A stretch of 64,000 nucleotides of DNA, from positions 3,844,001 to 3,908,000 of the forward strand of contig NC_081396.1 of assembly GCF_030684315.1 (NCBI RefSeq). The letters run 5' to 3'. Source of the stretch: Stegostoma tigrinum (Eukaryota). The notes below the pieces were generated by a model. The model was not told the origin of the DNA. It saw nothing but the letters and a program-made list of their open reading frames with translations, and searched no databases. Both the position numbers and the translations under genes were made by a program. Of this stretch, positions 1-13,850 are shown one piece after another (positions within the stretch are counted from its first letter, which is position 1; every line of letters begins with the position of its first letter).

Positions 1-936
1 TCGCATTGTTTGATATCAGAGACAACAGGGACAAATTCCCGCATCAATCCTTTGCATTACAGATTTCTGTCTTATATTTGTAGAGCTACATAATATATGC
101 TATGTGTAACATGTGTACATCCCATGCATCAAGGCCAATCGTGTGTGTCATAGGGTAGTTTATATCATTTTAATCTGCCTTTAAACTTATTTCTTTGTTT
201 TGCTTTGTTCGACAAATATTCAACTACAGTAAAGATGCATAATTTTAGTTTTTACGTTTGAGATAGGATACAATTACACCAAAGTGGAGAGTGAATATCT
301 ACGGACGATATTACGGAGAGGTTTTTTCACGAGGAAATGAGCGTGAAGAGCGTGGGCTGTTCTTGTAAAACATGAATCTCAGGGTAAATATTGAAGAGGT
401 GTATACTAATTCTCACTGACCAACTTAGAGCAAATGTCACTTGTAATGCCAGAAGAATTGGAACCAGAAGTAAACACTCTACCGATGGAGATTGTTCTTC
501 CATTCAATGACATCATGTTTGAATATTCAATCCTCACCTCCACATTTCAGCCTTGTCCTCGCGAGCGTTGATTCCATCACCAATTAAAAATCTGTTCTTT
601 TCGCCTTTGAAAATATATTACAAACCAACCACAACATTCTTCTCTGATACAGAATTCCACAGATTCAAGGCATTTATGGAGAAGAAATTCTCGTCTGCCT
701 TAAATTTGTGACCTCTAATTCAGAAACCATATCCTTTGCTCCTAAACTCTCTCAAAAAGGAAATAATATTTCTAAAACGATACAGTTCCTGCAAAGTAAT
801 ACATCTTTCAATGCGTCACCATGCAAAATTCTACAGTGCGTTGAGAACCGGCCCTGAAATACTCAACCTTCACTCACAAGACAGTCCCTACATTCTTGGG
901 ATCATTCAACTGAATCAAATGCCGATTATCTCGCAT

Positions 937-1146
937 AATAACAAAGTGTGAAGCTGGATGAACACAGCAGGCCAAGCAGCATCTCAGGCGCACAAAAGCT
1001 GACGTTTCGGTCCGAGACCCTTCATCAAACCTCGAGGCCCGAAACGTCAGCTTCTGTGCTCCTGAGATGCTGCTTGGCCTGGTGTGTTCACCGAGCTTCA
1101 CACTTTGTTTTCTTGGATTCTCCAGCATTTGCAGTTCCCATTATCT
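937..1146. mobile_element. Short palindromic Penelope-like (PLE)-derived element
   Basis: Inverted arms (tgtgaagctggatgaacacagcagg... / ...cctggtgtgttcaccgagcttcaca). 15-bp TSD ccgattatctc(g/a)cat at 922-936 and 1147-1161. Empty site in duplication copy B near 56790. Confidence 0.8.
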
Positions 1147-3329
1147 CCGATTATCTCACATTCGACTGCATCTTCTCTTCGACACAAAGCCCAAAGCAGG
1201 TCCGAGCATTCTATCTGTTTTGTGACGGGTGATTGTGTAGCTTTAACAAGGTGGAGAATTTCATAGAATTGTACTGTCCGAGAAAGCCTTTCAGTCTAAC
1301 TTATTTGCACCGAGTAGAGATCCCAAGCTAACTTAGTATGACTTGGAAGCATTTGGTCCACATTCCTCGAAATTCTTCGCATTCACAGACCCATCCAGGT
1401 TCATTGTAAATGTTGTCATTCTATGTATCTACATCATTTCCTCTGACAGCCCGTTCCACAGACGCAGCACCCTCTGCCTGAAAAAAATACCCTGTAGATC
1501 CTTTTTAAAAATTCCCCTCCCGCCTTAATCAAATAATCTCGAGTTTTGGGCTCACACACACCAAAAGGAGTCCTTGGAGATTCAACCAATCAAAGCCCCT
1601 TGAGATTTATAAATTTCAATAAGGTCATCTCTCAGCCTCCGATGCTGCAGAGAAAATGTCTATTCAGCCCTTGCCGACAGAAAAAATTCTCCAGTTCCAG
1701 CACCATCCATGCGAATCTTAGCTTCATTCTCTCAAATTCCACTATTTTAACAAAACCCTCCCGATATAATTCCCAATACAATTGTATGAAGTATTCCAAA
1801 AGTGCCCACATGAATGTCCTATGAAGTTGCAACATGACATCACAACTCCTGCACTAAAGTTCTGACCAATGATGCCAAATGTGCCAAATGTCTTCTTCTC
1901 CTTACAGCACAGAAACAAATTTGCCAGACCGACCATTCCTGAAGACCATAACTCCAATGTAAAGACGTGCAGACACTTGGCCAATATCCGTCCAAATCTT
2001 TCTGATTCACGTTCACGTCCAAATGTTTCCAAATCTTTTAACTGTGCTAGTATCGACCACTTCCTCTGGGAGTTCTTTCCACAAATGAACCAATCTCTGT
2101 GTAAAAGAAAATGCCCTCGTTTCGTTTCTAAATCTTTATCCTCTAACCTTAAAAATATGCAAATTGGTCTTGGAACACCAAAAAAGGGAAAATATACCTA
2201 TTGTTCACCTTATCTATACAGGTCATGATATATATTTAAAAAAAAACAAACTTTAGGATCACCCCTCAAACATCTACAGTCGAGAGATAAAAGCCACAAT
2301 CTATTCAACTCCTCCTTATATCAAAATCTGCAGTTCCAGAGCATGAGATAGCTTTGGCAAAAGTTTTTCAGGAGGATACAGGGTGATTTCACAAATGCAT
2401 TCAGGACACCAGATTAACTGATGAGACATTAGGACCTTAAAGTTCAGCAAGGCCATCTATGTGCGGAACCGCACATGAGGGTCAGAAGAAGGTCGCCAAA
2501 TTTGGAGTGTTTCAACTACAAGGAGAGTCTGAATAGGCTGGGTGTATCTTCCGTGGAACTTCGGAGGCTGAGGGGTGAACTTACAAAAGTTTATTAAAGC
2601 ATGACGGAGATGTGTATCATGAAGAGCCAACGTCGTTTCCCCGCTGTCAGAGTGTAAAAAAAAAACAAATGGTGTAAGTTTCAGTTCGGAGCACACAGAT
2701 TTGGAAGCGACAAAAGGAGCAACTCTTACCCGCAGAAGTGGTGCATGGACAGAATGAAGTGCTGGAGGAAGTGATTGAAGCTGGTGTCATTGAAACCGTT
2801 AAAATGTATCAGAATTGGGAGATAATAAGACTGTTTCAATGGATGTCGGCGAAATGCTGGCAAAGAGACTCGATTAATTTAGAATATTTGATCAGCACAG
2901 ACGAACTGGACTGAAGTGTCTGCTTCTGTGTTGTCCATTTTTAATCAATCTATGACTTTATACAGTCTCTCCCTATAATTCAAATCTTCAGTTCCCACAA
3001 TATCCTGATAAATCATTTCTGCATCCTCTCCAGCTTGATAACATACTTCCTATAATAGGGCGACTAGAGCTGGATACAGTCCGGCAGAAGGGTCCTCATC
3101 AATCTCCTGCAGAAACTCAATATCGGATTGTGACTCTGATATTCAACAGTCTGAGAAATGAAGGTATGCATGCTTAACGCCTTCTAAACCATTCCGACAA
3201 CATGTGAAACAAACTTCAAAGAATAAGTCTCTTGGTACTAAAATACGACATAAAGCACCAGTGTCACTCAAAACATGTCATGACTCAGTTGTTTTACGAA
3301 AGCACAACACATCACATTGAAATAAAATG

Positions 3330-5340
3330 AACATGGAACATAGAACAGCTGTGACAGGCTCTTCAGCCCATGATGTTGTGGCGACCTGTAATACCACTAA
3401 GATCAATCTACTCTGCATACCCTCCATTTTATTCTCCTGTATGCACCTATACAAGTGGGGGTCAAAAGTTTCCAGAGTGTCTGACTCCACTACCACTGTT
3501 GGAAGCAAATTCTCCATGCTCCTCACTCTCCATTTGAGAAATTACCTCTGATGTCTTTCTTACCTTCCTCCAATCGCCTTAAAATTATGTCCCCTCATAA
3601 TCATCATTTTCGCCATTTGAAAAATAAAATGTCTCTGACTATCCAGTCTATCTGTGCATCCCATCATCTTGTACAGCTCTATTAAGTCACCTCTCGCACT
3701 TCTTCACTTCAATGGAAAAAAAGCCCTTGCACCCTCAACCTTTCATCATAAGATCTGCCCTCCAGTCCTGGCAGCATCCTGGTAAGCCTCCTCTGCACCC
3801 TCTCTAAATATTCCACATCTCACCAGTGCTGCGGTGGACCTGAACTGAACACAATACTCCAAATGGTGTCCAAACAGAACTTTACAGAGATGCAGCATGA
3901 CCTAACATTTCTTGAACACTAGCCCACTGCCAATGAACACGAGTACATCACGCACCTTCTTTGCAACCCTATCAATTTAAAAGCAACTTTGAGGGATCAA
4001 TGGCCGTTGGCCCCAATATCCCTCTGTTCCTCCACACCGCTGAGAATCCGGTCATTATGCTTGTAATCTGCAGTTAAATTCTATCTTCCAAAATGAATTA
4101 CTTCACACTTTACTGGTTTGAATTCCATCTACCATTTCTTTGCCCAGCTCTGCATTCTGTCAATGTCCCGTTGCAACGACAACAGTCCTCCATGCATTCC
4201 ACAGCCCACCAACCTTCGTGTCATCGGCAAACGTATTCAGCCATCCTTCCACTTCCTCATCCAAGCCATTTGTAATGATCACAAAGAGCAGGTCTCCCAG
4301 AACAGATCCCTGGGGGACACCATTGGTCACCGAGCTCCAGGCTGAATACTTTCCATCTACTAAAATATTCTGTCGTCTCTTGGACAGCTAGTTTTGTATC
4401 CAGCCAAACAGATGCTCCTGAAACCCCTGCCTCCTTACTCTCTGAATGAGCCTACCATTAGGAATATTGCCAAATGCCTTGCCAAAATCCATATACACCA
4501 CATCCATTGCTCTACCTTCATCAATGTCTTTTTTTTCACATCCACAAATTATTCAATAAAGTTTTTCAGGCACCGCGTGCCCCTCACAAAGCCATGTTGA
4601 CCACATGTAATCGAATTGTGATTTTCCAAATATCCATAAATACTATCTCTGAGATTCTTCTCCAATAAATTGCCTACCACAAAAAGAAGCCTGGCCGGTC
4701 TGTAATTTCCAGATTTATCCCCATTCCCTTTGTTGAGCAAGGGAATGACATTTGCCACCCACCAATCATGTGGCACTGGTCTAGTGGATAGTTAGGATGC
4801 GAAGATCATTGTCAAAAGGGCAGCAATCGCTTCCCTTGCTTGCTGTATATACCTTTGGTTATATCCCTTCTGCCCCAGGAGACTTATCTGTGCTCATGTG
4901 TTGCGAAACTTCCAGCACATCCTCCTTCCTAACATCACCCTCTTCGAGCATATCTGCCTGTTTCATGCGATATTCACAAACTTCAACGCCCCACTCAGTG
5001 GTAAATACTGAAGCAAAATACTCATTAAGAACCTCGACCACCTCCAGGTGCCTCCATGCAAAGTTTCACACCACTATCCCTGAATGACCTGACCCTCATT
5101 CTGCCGATTTTCTTCTTCCTGATATTAACGGAGAAATCCTTTTGGTTTTCCTTGATCCTACTTGTCAATGTTATCTTGTACATGGTTGAAACTCTCATAA
5201 GTGCATTCTTCGATTCCTTTCTGGCTGCCTTGTAGACCTCGACAGCACCGTCCGACCGTTGCCTCCTAAACATGAAGTCATTTACCTGTTTAAAGTCTGG
5301 TTTCCACTCCTCAGTCCACCGACCCAATTAATCAAGATAT
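3330..5340 (-). mobile_element. CR1-family LINE, degenerate ORF2 (RT region) and 3' end
   Basis: Minus-strand ORF pieces such as DWWVANVIPLLNKG..PGNYRP..QHGFVRG and EVLNEYFASVFT..KSPG; CR1-type 3' tail (acatagaaca) near 3330. Confidence 0.9.
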
Positions 5341-7660
5341 TTTTGTCATCATGGATTTTGTTTCACTGTCATTTGTAAGACCAATTTTGGTGTCAACCGC
5401 AAACATACTAATCATGCCTTCTATATTTTCATCTAAGTCTTTTATATTCATGATGAACAAAAGAGGACTCAGAACTGAACCCTATTGTACACCTCTTGTT
5501 ACACACTTCCATTCCGAAAAACAACCCTCCAATGACGTGTCGAGACCCGAAAAATCAGACTTCCTGCTCTTCTTATGCTGCTTGGCCTGCTGTGTTCATC
5601 CCACTCTGCACCTTGTTATCTCCACGACCATGTTTATCTTTTGCCATTAAGCGAATTTAATACCAAATTGGCAACCTTAGACTGAATCCATAACATAACG
5701 ATTAGGTCTACTGAGCGGAATTTTGTCAAAGGTTTTATGAAAGTCCAAGTAAACACAATCCACTGCTCTGCTCCGTGAATGCATTTTGTCACCTCCACAA
5801 TAAACTGAATCAATATTATGGGGCAAGATTTTCCACCCAAATATCATGATGACTATCTCTCATCAGTTTTGGCTATACCAGATGCATGCAAATCCCATCC
5901 CTCAGAATCCAACAACTCACCCATTGCTGTCTTCAGGCTCACCAATCTGTAGTTCCTTAGATTTTTCATCTTGTCTTTCCTATTTAAATAGTAGCACAAC
6001 ATAAGCCACACTCCGGTCTTCCTGCACCTCACCTGTGGCTGTCGATGGTATGAATATCTCAGTAAAGGGCCTCGAAATCTCTTCCCCATATTCAGATTAA
6101 GCTCTCCGGAGCACGTTATCATTTCCCTAGTTTCCCAGCTCCCGAGATTCCACTCCTCTCTCCACAGTAAAATCCGACCCAATATATTTGTGTAGAACCT
6201 CACCCATCTCCCTTGGTTCCACGCATAGACGGCCACGTTGATCTTTAAGGGTCTCCATTTTTACCCGAGTCACTGAATTGCCCGTAATGCAATCAAAGAA
6301 ACACTGAGATTCTCATTATCTTCATTTACCATTCTGTCTAATGTCCACCTTTGCCCTACTACGATGCCTCTCAGGTATACTATTTCTGCAATTACACTCT
6401 TCTCAATATACACTCGATCCAAGCTATCCATACCTCATGATTGCCTTCATTTAGTCTGCTAGAGACACAAATTCTCTACTCAGACAGCATTCCCTACTCG
6501 AACAGCCTTACCCTTTGCACAAATAGGTACGTCCTGGAGCTGAACTGCCGTTATCTCATCCTTAAAGTTCTCCGACTTCCCAAACATTCCTTTAAATTTG
6601 AATATCTTCTCTCAATCAATTTCGCACAGCTCCTGACTCAAACTATCAAAATTGTCCTTACTCTAATTCAGAATATTATTTTTGCGCAGTTCTCTCGTTT
6701 CCCCTAATTCTTTTAAAACTGATATAATTATAGTCACTAGCCCAAGTGTTACCCTCCACATAGACTTTAGTCAATTGCCCTGCATTACTTCGAAACAGAA
6801 CGTCAAGGAAAAAAATCTCCAGTTGGTACAACCACATATTGAATAAGAACGTTTTCTTGTGAATAGTGTCACTTTCCTCCACGTCCAAGCTCTCAACTGT
6901 GTGACAGTCTCATTCTGTGTTTGGAAAGTTAAAACCCTCTCCCATTATGCTATTTTTCTTCCAGATATCCGAGATCTACTCGCATATTTGCTTCTGATTT
7001 TCCCACACACTGTTGGGAGGCCTCTAACACACACCAAATAAGATGATCATCCTTCTCTCATTTTAAAATTGACCCACATCACTTCACGAGCCGGTTTCAC
7101 AGCAATACATCCACTTTGTATAACTGTAACGTTCTCACAAAATAAAAGCGCCACTCCCCCTTCTGACATGCTTCCCATTGTCTCCTTCCTATAGCCGTAC
7201 ACCTGGAACATCAACTGCCAGTCCTGTCCATCTCTGACGCAGTTTTTCTAATTGCAATCTTCCCGAAAATACCTTAAGCCTATCTGTATTCTCTGTCAGT
7301 CCTGTTGCTTTCAAATAACAATGGTTTCATTAATTCGTCTTACTTTGTCTTTGTCAATGCCTTGTCGTTATTGACTATTCAATTGCTCATATTATCTACT
7401 GTATTGGTTTCAGACTTACTCTTTTCTTCCTATCGCTTTGGTTCCCACCACTGCCATACCATTCCCTCAACTAAAATAAAGCATCACAAACAGTGTAAGC
7501 CCATACCGCTTCAAGGATATTGGTTGTCTTCCATTTCGGCTGGTAACCTTCCCTCTTACACAGATCATTTGTACCACTGAAGAGATCCCAACGGTCCAAA
7601 AAGTCAAAACTTGTCCCCTGCAAGACATCGTGAGCCACACAATCATATGCCCTATCCTTC
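5340..7660 (-). mobile_element. CR1-family LINE fragments (ORF2 endonuclease/RT, ORF1 end)
   Basis: Motif KNLRNYRLVSL and frameshifted RT/EN remnants; the same block is present at about 60310-62650. Confidence 0.8.
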
Positions 7661-7719
7661 TACTCCTACGCTCAAAGTTACATTAGATAGGAAATAAAGC
7701 CTAACACTAATTTCGCCTT

Positions 7720-9360
7720 CCTTATAAGTGATTGTTAAATTTAAAAAAGTTAGATTTTCTTGTGATTTAAGGACGAGCACACGCAAATCTGTTGTGTTGA
7801 TTTCTCAATTTATTTTTATTTAACTAATATTTAACTGCTATATTTTTGCTCTCAAACTGCATAACCTCAACTTTTCCATTTATTCTCATTCTTTTCATCT
7901 CTTCTGCATTAATATGCCAAGTTTATTTTTTGAAAACTTTGTGCTGACTGTCACGTCCTGTCTATGTCCCTCAGCTTTTTTGTGCCATATTCACCATTTA
8001 GCTTTTCTGATTTTTTTGTTTTATTTGTAAACTTACCGAAAACATACTGACTTTTCTCAACTCAGTCATTGTTGTACCTTTCAAATATTTGTGCACCTTG
8101 CACTGATTCTTGTGACGCTACATTAGTCAGACGTTGACATCCTATAAAATAAAATTCTTCATCTAAGTGTCTTTCTGCTTTGATTTTGGCAATCCTCTGT
8201 CCAGGCTACTGCACGACCTCCAAAGCCATGGGCTCTTATCTGGTTAAGTTATCGTACGTGTGGCACCATATCTAATGTCTTTGGAAAATCTCCACATATT
8301 GCAAGAACTGAACCCTCCTTATTTTGTATTCTACGTTGTCACATCTTTCTATGTTATTTATTAGGCGAAATTTCAATTTCATGAAACTCTTTTCTGTCCT
8401 CTTGATTATGCTATGTAATTTTTAAACGCAATGTTGTTACATTTTCCCCAGTAATGATGTTCAGCAAAGTGACTTTACTCACCCTTTATGTTGTCTTTTT
8501 TTAATAAAGGTGTTATCCAATCATCAGGGACTTTTCCAAACTTAAATGATTGCCGTATAGTTAAATCCACTATGTTGAACGCTTCTGCCCTTATTTATTC
8601 TTTTTTTAAAATCCTCAATCGGATCTCATTAGTTGCAATGTAATTAGTTATATTTAGTCCTATTGATTTATCTGCTCTTTTTCGCAGTGAAAGTTTCTGC
8701 GTTGTATTCTTCACCTTTTATTTTTGCCCTTTCGTATTTAGCCATTTTGGAATGCTAGTGTGAAGTGAGATGCACGGGATTTTTTCAACTCGCCTGTCTC
8801 ATTATGGTTCCTAAACATTCATCCCCAGCTCCATTCAAGAGGAGGCTCTGTTCATTTTGGCCTATCTTTTCCTTTCAATACATTTAAGGAAGTTTCTGCT
8901 GTCCGTTTCAATATTACCTGTAATTTTTCGTTCAATGTTTACCTTCTCACGCTTCATTAATTTTTTGCTTTCCCTTTGATAGTTTTTTAAACTTCCGTAA
9001 TACTCTCTGTAGCAATAATATTTATGACATTTCAAGTTATGTCTTTTTATTCATTTTTTGCTGTCTTTAACTTCCCTCCTTAACCATAATAACTTGACTC
9101 CTTCCTATAATTCTCCCATCTCACTGGGATATACCTTTTCTCTGAGCCATGAAATATGAAAATCTTAATGCATGCTATTGCTCATCATAATTCTTCGCTG
9201 CTAAACTCGTTTGAAGTCCATTCCAGCCAGCTCTGCCCTCATTTCTTTATAATTATCCTGATGTACGCTTGTATCCAACACAAATTTCTGTCTCTCCAAC
9301 TGAATACTAAATTTTGTTGTTCCCACCTAATCATAGAATCTGTCATTATTTACTAAAATT
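7720..9360 (-). mobile_element. Old CR1/L2-like LINE ORF2 remnant
   Basis: The paralogous copy (62911-63135) translates as VASQESVFGAQ..DNDL..VVGKFANETRI, a decayed GVPQG/FADD RT region. Confidence 0.6.
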
Positions 9361-9374
9361 GCCTCATTCTGCAT

Positions 9375-12300
9375 TACCAGATCCAACATGTCGAGTTGTC
9401 AGGTTGGATGCACAACATATTGTTGGAGGAATCTGTCCCGCAAACAGCCGTAGTGGACAGGTCTCTGGCAGTGAGCCTGGACTTGCAACGCAGAAGGGAA
9501 GGGGGTAGAATAGGAAAGCAATTTTTGAGGGGAAATTCAATAGTAAGAGGCAAAGACAAGCCGCTTTGTGAATGCGAACGAGACAAACAGAATATATGTT
9601 GCCGCTTGGGTGCCAGGGTCTGTGACGTCTTTTATCGTGTTTTCAAGATCGTTAAGGGGGACGGAAAGCAACCAGCGGTCATGGTACACATCATTGCCAA
9701 CGAGCAAAGGTAGAAAAAAGGACTGACAATGTGAAAAATGACTGTAGAGAGTTAGGTTATATATTCATGTCAGCAATAAACAGGGTAGCTATCTGTGGGT
9801 TATTAACAGTGTCATGTGATAACGATGTAAGGAATATGGAGAGAATGGAACTTAACAAGATTACCATAGGGTTTGTGTCGGAAGGAGGATTTCTATAATG
9901 TGGTTAATTGTACCACATTCTGGGGAAGGTGGGACCCGTACTGTAAGGATGGTCTGCACCTGAACAGGAAGGTCACAAATATCCTGGGAGGGAAGTTTGC
10001 TGAAGCCGTATGGCATGGTTAAGCTAGATTGGCAGGGGGTGGGAAACGGGATTTATGAGTCAGTGGATGTGGTATTCAGCCTTCCAACAGACACAACAAG
10101 GAGTGATCTTGTTAATAAAAATGTACGTTCGATGGAGCTTAAGTGTTAACATAGGGATGGTTTGAAGTGTGTATACTTCAATGGTCAAAGTTTCAGAAAA
10201 AAGGCGGAAGAACTTAGAGCATGGGTCACTACTTGATACTACGATAATGTGACCAATATGGAAACTTGGGTAACTCAGGGTCAGGGATAGTTTTTGGAAG
10301 CTCCAGGATTTAGATGCTATCAAAGAAATAGGGAGGCCGGTAAGAGAAGCAGGGAGTGGCGTTGTTGGTTTGGGCAGAGATAGCAGCTCCTGAAAGGCAT
10401 TGGAGTATGATAGGGCGACAGAATCAGTTTGGGTTGAGGACCAGAACAAGAAAGGAGCAGTTACTTTTTAAAAATTTATTTACAGACCCCTTAATAGTTG
10501 CAAAGAAGTGGTGGAGAGAATTGGGAGGCAGATATTCGAAAGAGGCAAAAGTCACAGGATTGGAGTTATGGTTGACTTCATATTTCCAACTGTTGATTGG
10601 AAACTTTTTAGTTGTAATAATTTAGATGGAACAGATTATGCCCAGTGCATTCAGGGAGGATTCTTGACACAGTGTGGATGCACAAAAACAGAAGGAGAGA
10701 CCACTTTGGATTTTGTGCTTGGCAATCAACTGGGCCAAGTGTTAGACCCGTTGGGAGGAGAGCATTTTTGGGGAAATTATCGTAAATCAAAAACATAAAA
10801 TAGGAACAGACGCTGCCACGGAAGAACACTTTTGAAATGTGGAGATTGTTTCAGGCATGCACACTGCGTGTGCGTGATATGTTTGTCCATCGATGGCAGG
10901 GAGGATACGGTTGAGAAATCGGACTTTGGTTCTCAAGAGAGGTCGAATGACTGATTCAGTGGAAGAAGGATGCTTACATAATATATAGGAAAAAAAAAGT
11001 GAGGAAAAGGCTCTCAACGGATAAAAGTTAGCCAGGAAGGAACTGAAGAAAGATCAGAGGAAAGCAATAAAGGGTCATGAGAAGACCTTGGCGTTACGGT
11101 TCAAGAATAACTTGAACCCTTTTTACATGGACAGAAGCAGTAAAGGAATGACCAGCGAAACAGTAGGGCCGATCAACAATTGTAAAAATAATTAGTGCAC
11201 AGAGTCTAAAGAGACAGGAGAGGTCCTTACTCAAGAGTTTTCTTCAGTTTTCACCATTGAGAGGGAGCTCGTTGTAGGGAAGAACAGTGTGAAACACATT
11301 GGGCGGCGACAGGAGATGGATGTTAGTAAGGAAGATGTACTGGGAATATTGAGGAACTTGAAGATAGACAAGTTCCCTGGTCCTGATGCAATTTATCCAA
11401 GGAACCTATGGCAAGCGAGGGAAGAGAGCAGAGGGCCTTTGGTGATGCTCTTTTCGGTCTCACTGTCTCTAGGTGAAGTGCTGGAAGATTGGTGAGAGGC
11501 AAACATTATTCCCTTGTTGAAAAAAGGAAATAGGGATACCCCCAGAAATTACAGATGAGTTGGCCTTCCTTCAGTGGTGGGCAAATTATTGGAAAGGGCT
11601 CTGAGACCTAGTATGAATGATCACATCGGTAGTCACTGTTTGATGTGTGACAGTCAGCATGGATTTGTGAGGGGTAGGTCATGCCTTAGAACCCTTCTTG
11701 AATTCCTTCAAGAGGTGGCCAAACACGTGATTGGAGTGAGAGCAGTTGCTGTGGGATGCATGGATATAAGGTTCCCTATGGTAGGCTCATGCTGAAAGTG
11801 AAAAAGGCATTGGACAGGTCAGATGTGGCAGATTGGTTTCAGAATTGGCTGAACCTTAAAGCACAAAGGTGGTATTGAATAGAAAATTGTCCACATAATG
11901 ATCAGTTTCGAGTGGTGTACCACAAGGATCTGTTCATTGTCCTCTTTAACTTTTGATTTTTGAAAATGATTTGGATGTAGTTGTGGAAGAGTGGATTACT
12001 AAGTTCACGGACGATATGAACGTGTGTCATGTTGTGAATAGTGCGGGGGCCTGTCCGAGGTTACAAAGGGAAATAGATAAGATGCAGAGCTGGACTGAGA
12101 AGTGGCAGATGAAGTTTAACCCTGAAAAGCGTGAGGTGATTAATTTTGGAAGGACAAACATGAAACCAGAAAACAGGGTTAACAGACAGTTTCTTAGCAG
12201 TGTGGAGGAGTTTGAGGGATCTTGGGGTTCATAGTCACAGTTCCCTGAATGATGCCATCCAGGTGGATAGTTTTGTTAAGAAGACTTATGGTGCCTTACC

Positions 12301-12900
12301 TTTCGTTACTCGTGGGATTGAGTTCAAGAGCCGTGATGTTATGCTCCAGCTGAACAAAACCCTGGACTGGACAAGTCTGGAATATTGTGTCCAGTTCTGG
12401 TTGCCTCATTACAGGAAAGATGTGGAAGTGTTGGAAAGGTGCATAGGAGGTTTACCAGGATGTTGCCTGGAATGGTGGGAAGGCCTTTGAAGAAAATTTT
12501 GAGAAGAGGTAGGGCTTTTCTCTTTGGAACGCTGAAGGTCAGAGCTGTACAAGATGATCAGCAGTATAGGTAAAGTGGACAACAAGACACTTTTTCCTCG
12601 GGTGGACGTAGCTATTTCGAGGGGGCGTAGTTGAAAAGTGAGTGGATGTAGATATAGGGGAGAGGTCAGAGATAGATGCTTAACTCAGAGAATGGCAGGG
12701 GCGCTGAATGCTATGCTGGAGAGGGTAGTGGTTTGGCATTGTTAGGGGCATTTAAGCAGCTGTTAGTTTAAATTATGGGTGAGAGCCTGAGATAATGGTC
12801 GAGGTTAGATTGACCTTAGATTTGGGTGAAAAGTTTGGCACAACATCATGGGCCGCAGGCCCTTTGCTGTGCTCCACTGTCTTAAGGTCTATGCTCTATG
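9375..12900 (+). mobile_element. Near full-length degenerate CR1 LINE (ORF1 SGNH-esterase plus ORF2 EN/RT)
   Basis: ORF1: GNSIVRG..CCRLGARV..VMVHI..N and DGLHLN. ORF2: LDFVLGN, KFPGPDAIYP, QHGFVRGRSC, FTDD, LEYCVQFW. 3' tail gtctatgctctatg near 12900. Confidence 0.92.
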
Positions 12901-13689
12901 ATGTGCAGTCCATGAATTCTTTTTCATGACTAGCTTTGCTAATCTGACTTTTTTTTTCAATTCATGTGAAGATTCAATTTGCCGATGATTAATGTAATGC
13001 CTTTTTGAATCTGCGTAGTTGTCTTCAGAATATTCTCTGTCTTTCTTTAAATATATTTCCATCACCCTATAAATTTCTTCCATCAGTGCCTTCTTTCCCT
13101 TTTTATTGCTTTCTTCCACAAATTCAAAGGTAGTGACCGTTGACCTTATGAAAACGTGTAATCTAGCTAAACTTTTCCAGTGGAGTGTCTTCACAGGTCT
13201 GATCATGTTGAGTGAATTATCCACTATCAACCTTCACTTCCATCTACTGGAGAACCACAGCCATTGCATCTCCCTTCAAAATACCAACAACAGAAAAATG
13301 ATGTTGATCGACAGAGAACACAATTTTGCTGTTGCTCCAGTTCATCGCCATGAACTGGTGTTCCCAGATTTGACTTCGCAAATTACTGAAAATAGAAAAG
13401 GTTATTTAATCCCACACCAAAGGCACCATTGCGCAAAAAATATCAACTGCTTGACACGTATTTTTGATCATCTCATTTGAGAGGAAATTGCTCAGAGAAA
13501 AGTGTGCCGATAATTAGTGCTTTGTTCTTTCACGCAAAACATAATTCATCCCCCTCTTGAAAGATAGTGTAGAGACACCATCTCTCAAATTTCAATGACA
13601 AAGAGCCTCCAGAAAGACATTCACCGTCCAAGGCTGATCGTGAGCAACACCTTTGTCTGTCCAACTGCCTTTTCTCTCTTTGGTTTTTA

Positions 13690-13850
13690 TGCTCTCGTTT
13701 TCTCCCTAACCGACCAACGTCTCTACTTCCTGCACTTAAATACCCGTTTTCCAACAGTTCTGAGGAAGGGTCACCGGACCCGAAGTGTTGACTCCTTTTA
13801 TCGTTACCAGATGCTGCTCGTCCTGCAATGTTTCTCCAGCAAATTTGATT
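13690..13850 (+). mobile_element. PLE-derived fragment with decayed hammerhead core
   Basis: ttctgaggaagggtcaccggacccgaag..gatgctgctcgtcctgc. Confidence 0.6.

Larger units (their letters stand above)
1..9025 (+). repeat. Segmental duplication copy A (begins before the window)
   Basis: Colinear with 55860-64000. For example, 1 tcgcattgtttgatatcagagacaacagggacaaattcccgcatc matches 55860 tcgccatgtttgatatcagaaaaaacagggacaaattcccgcatc. The same nested LINE fragments occur in the same order. Confidence 0.95.

Noticed and set aside
10668-10690. CACAGTG...ACAAAAACA as an RSS
   Set aside because: The spacer is only 7 nt and the site lies inside CR1 ORF2.
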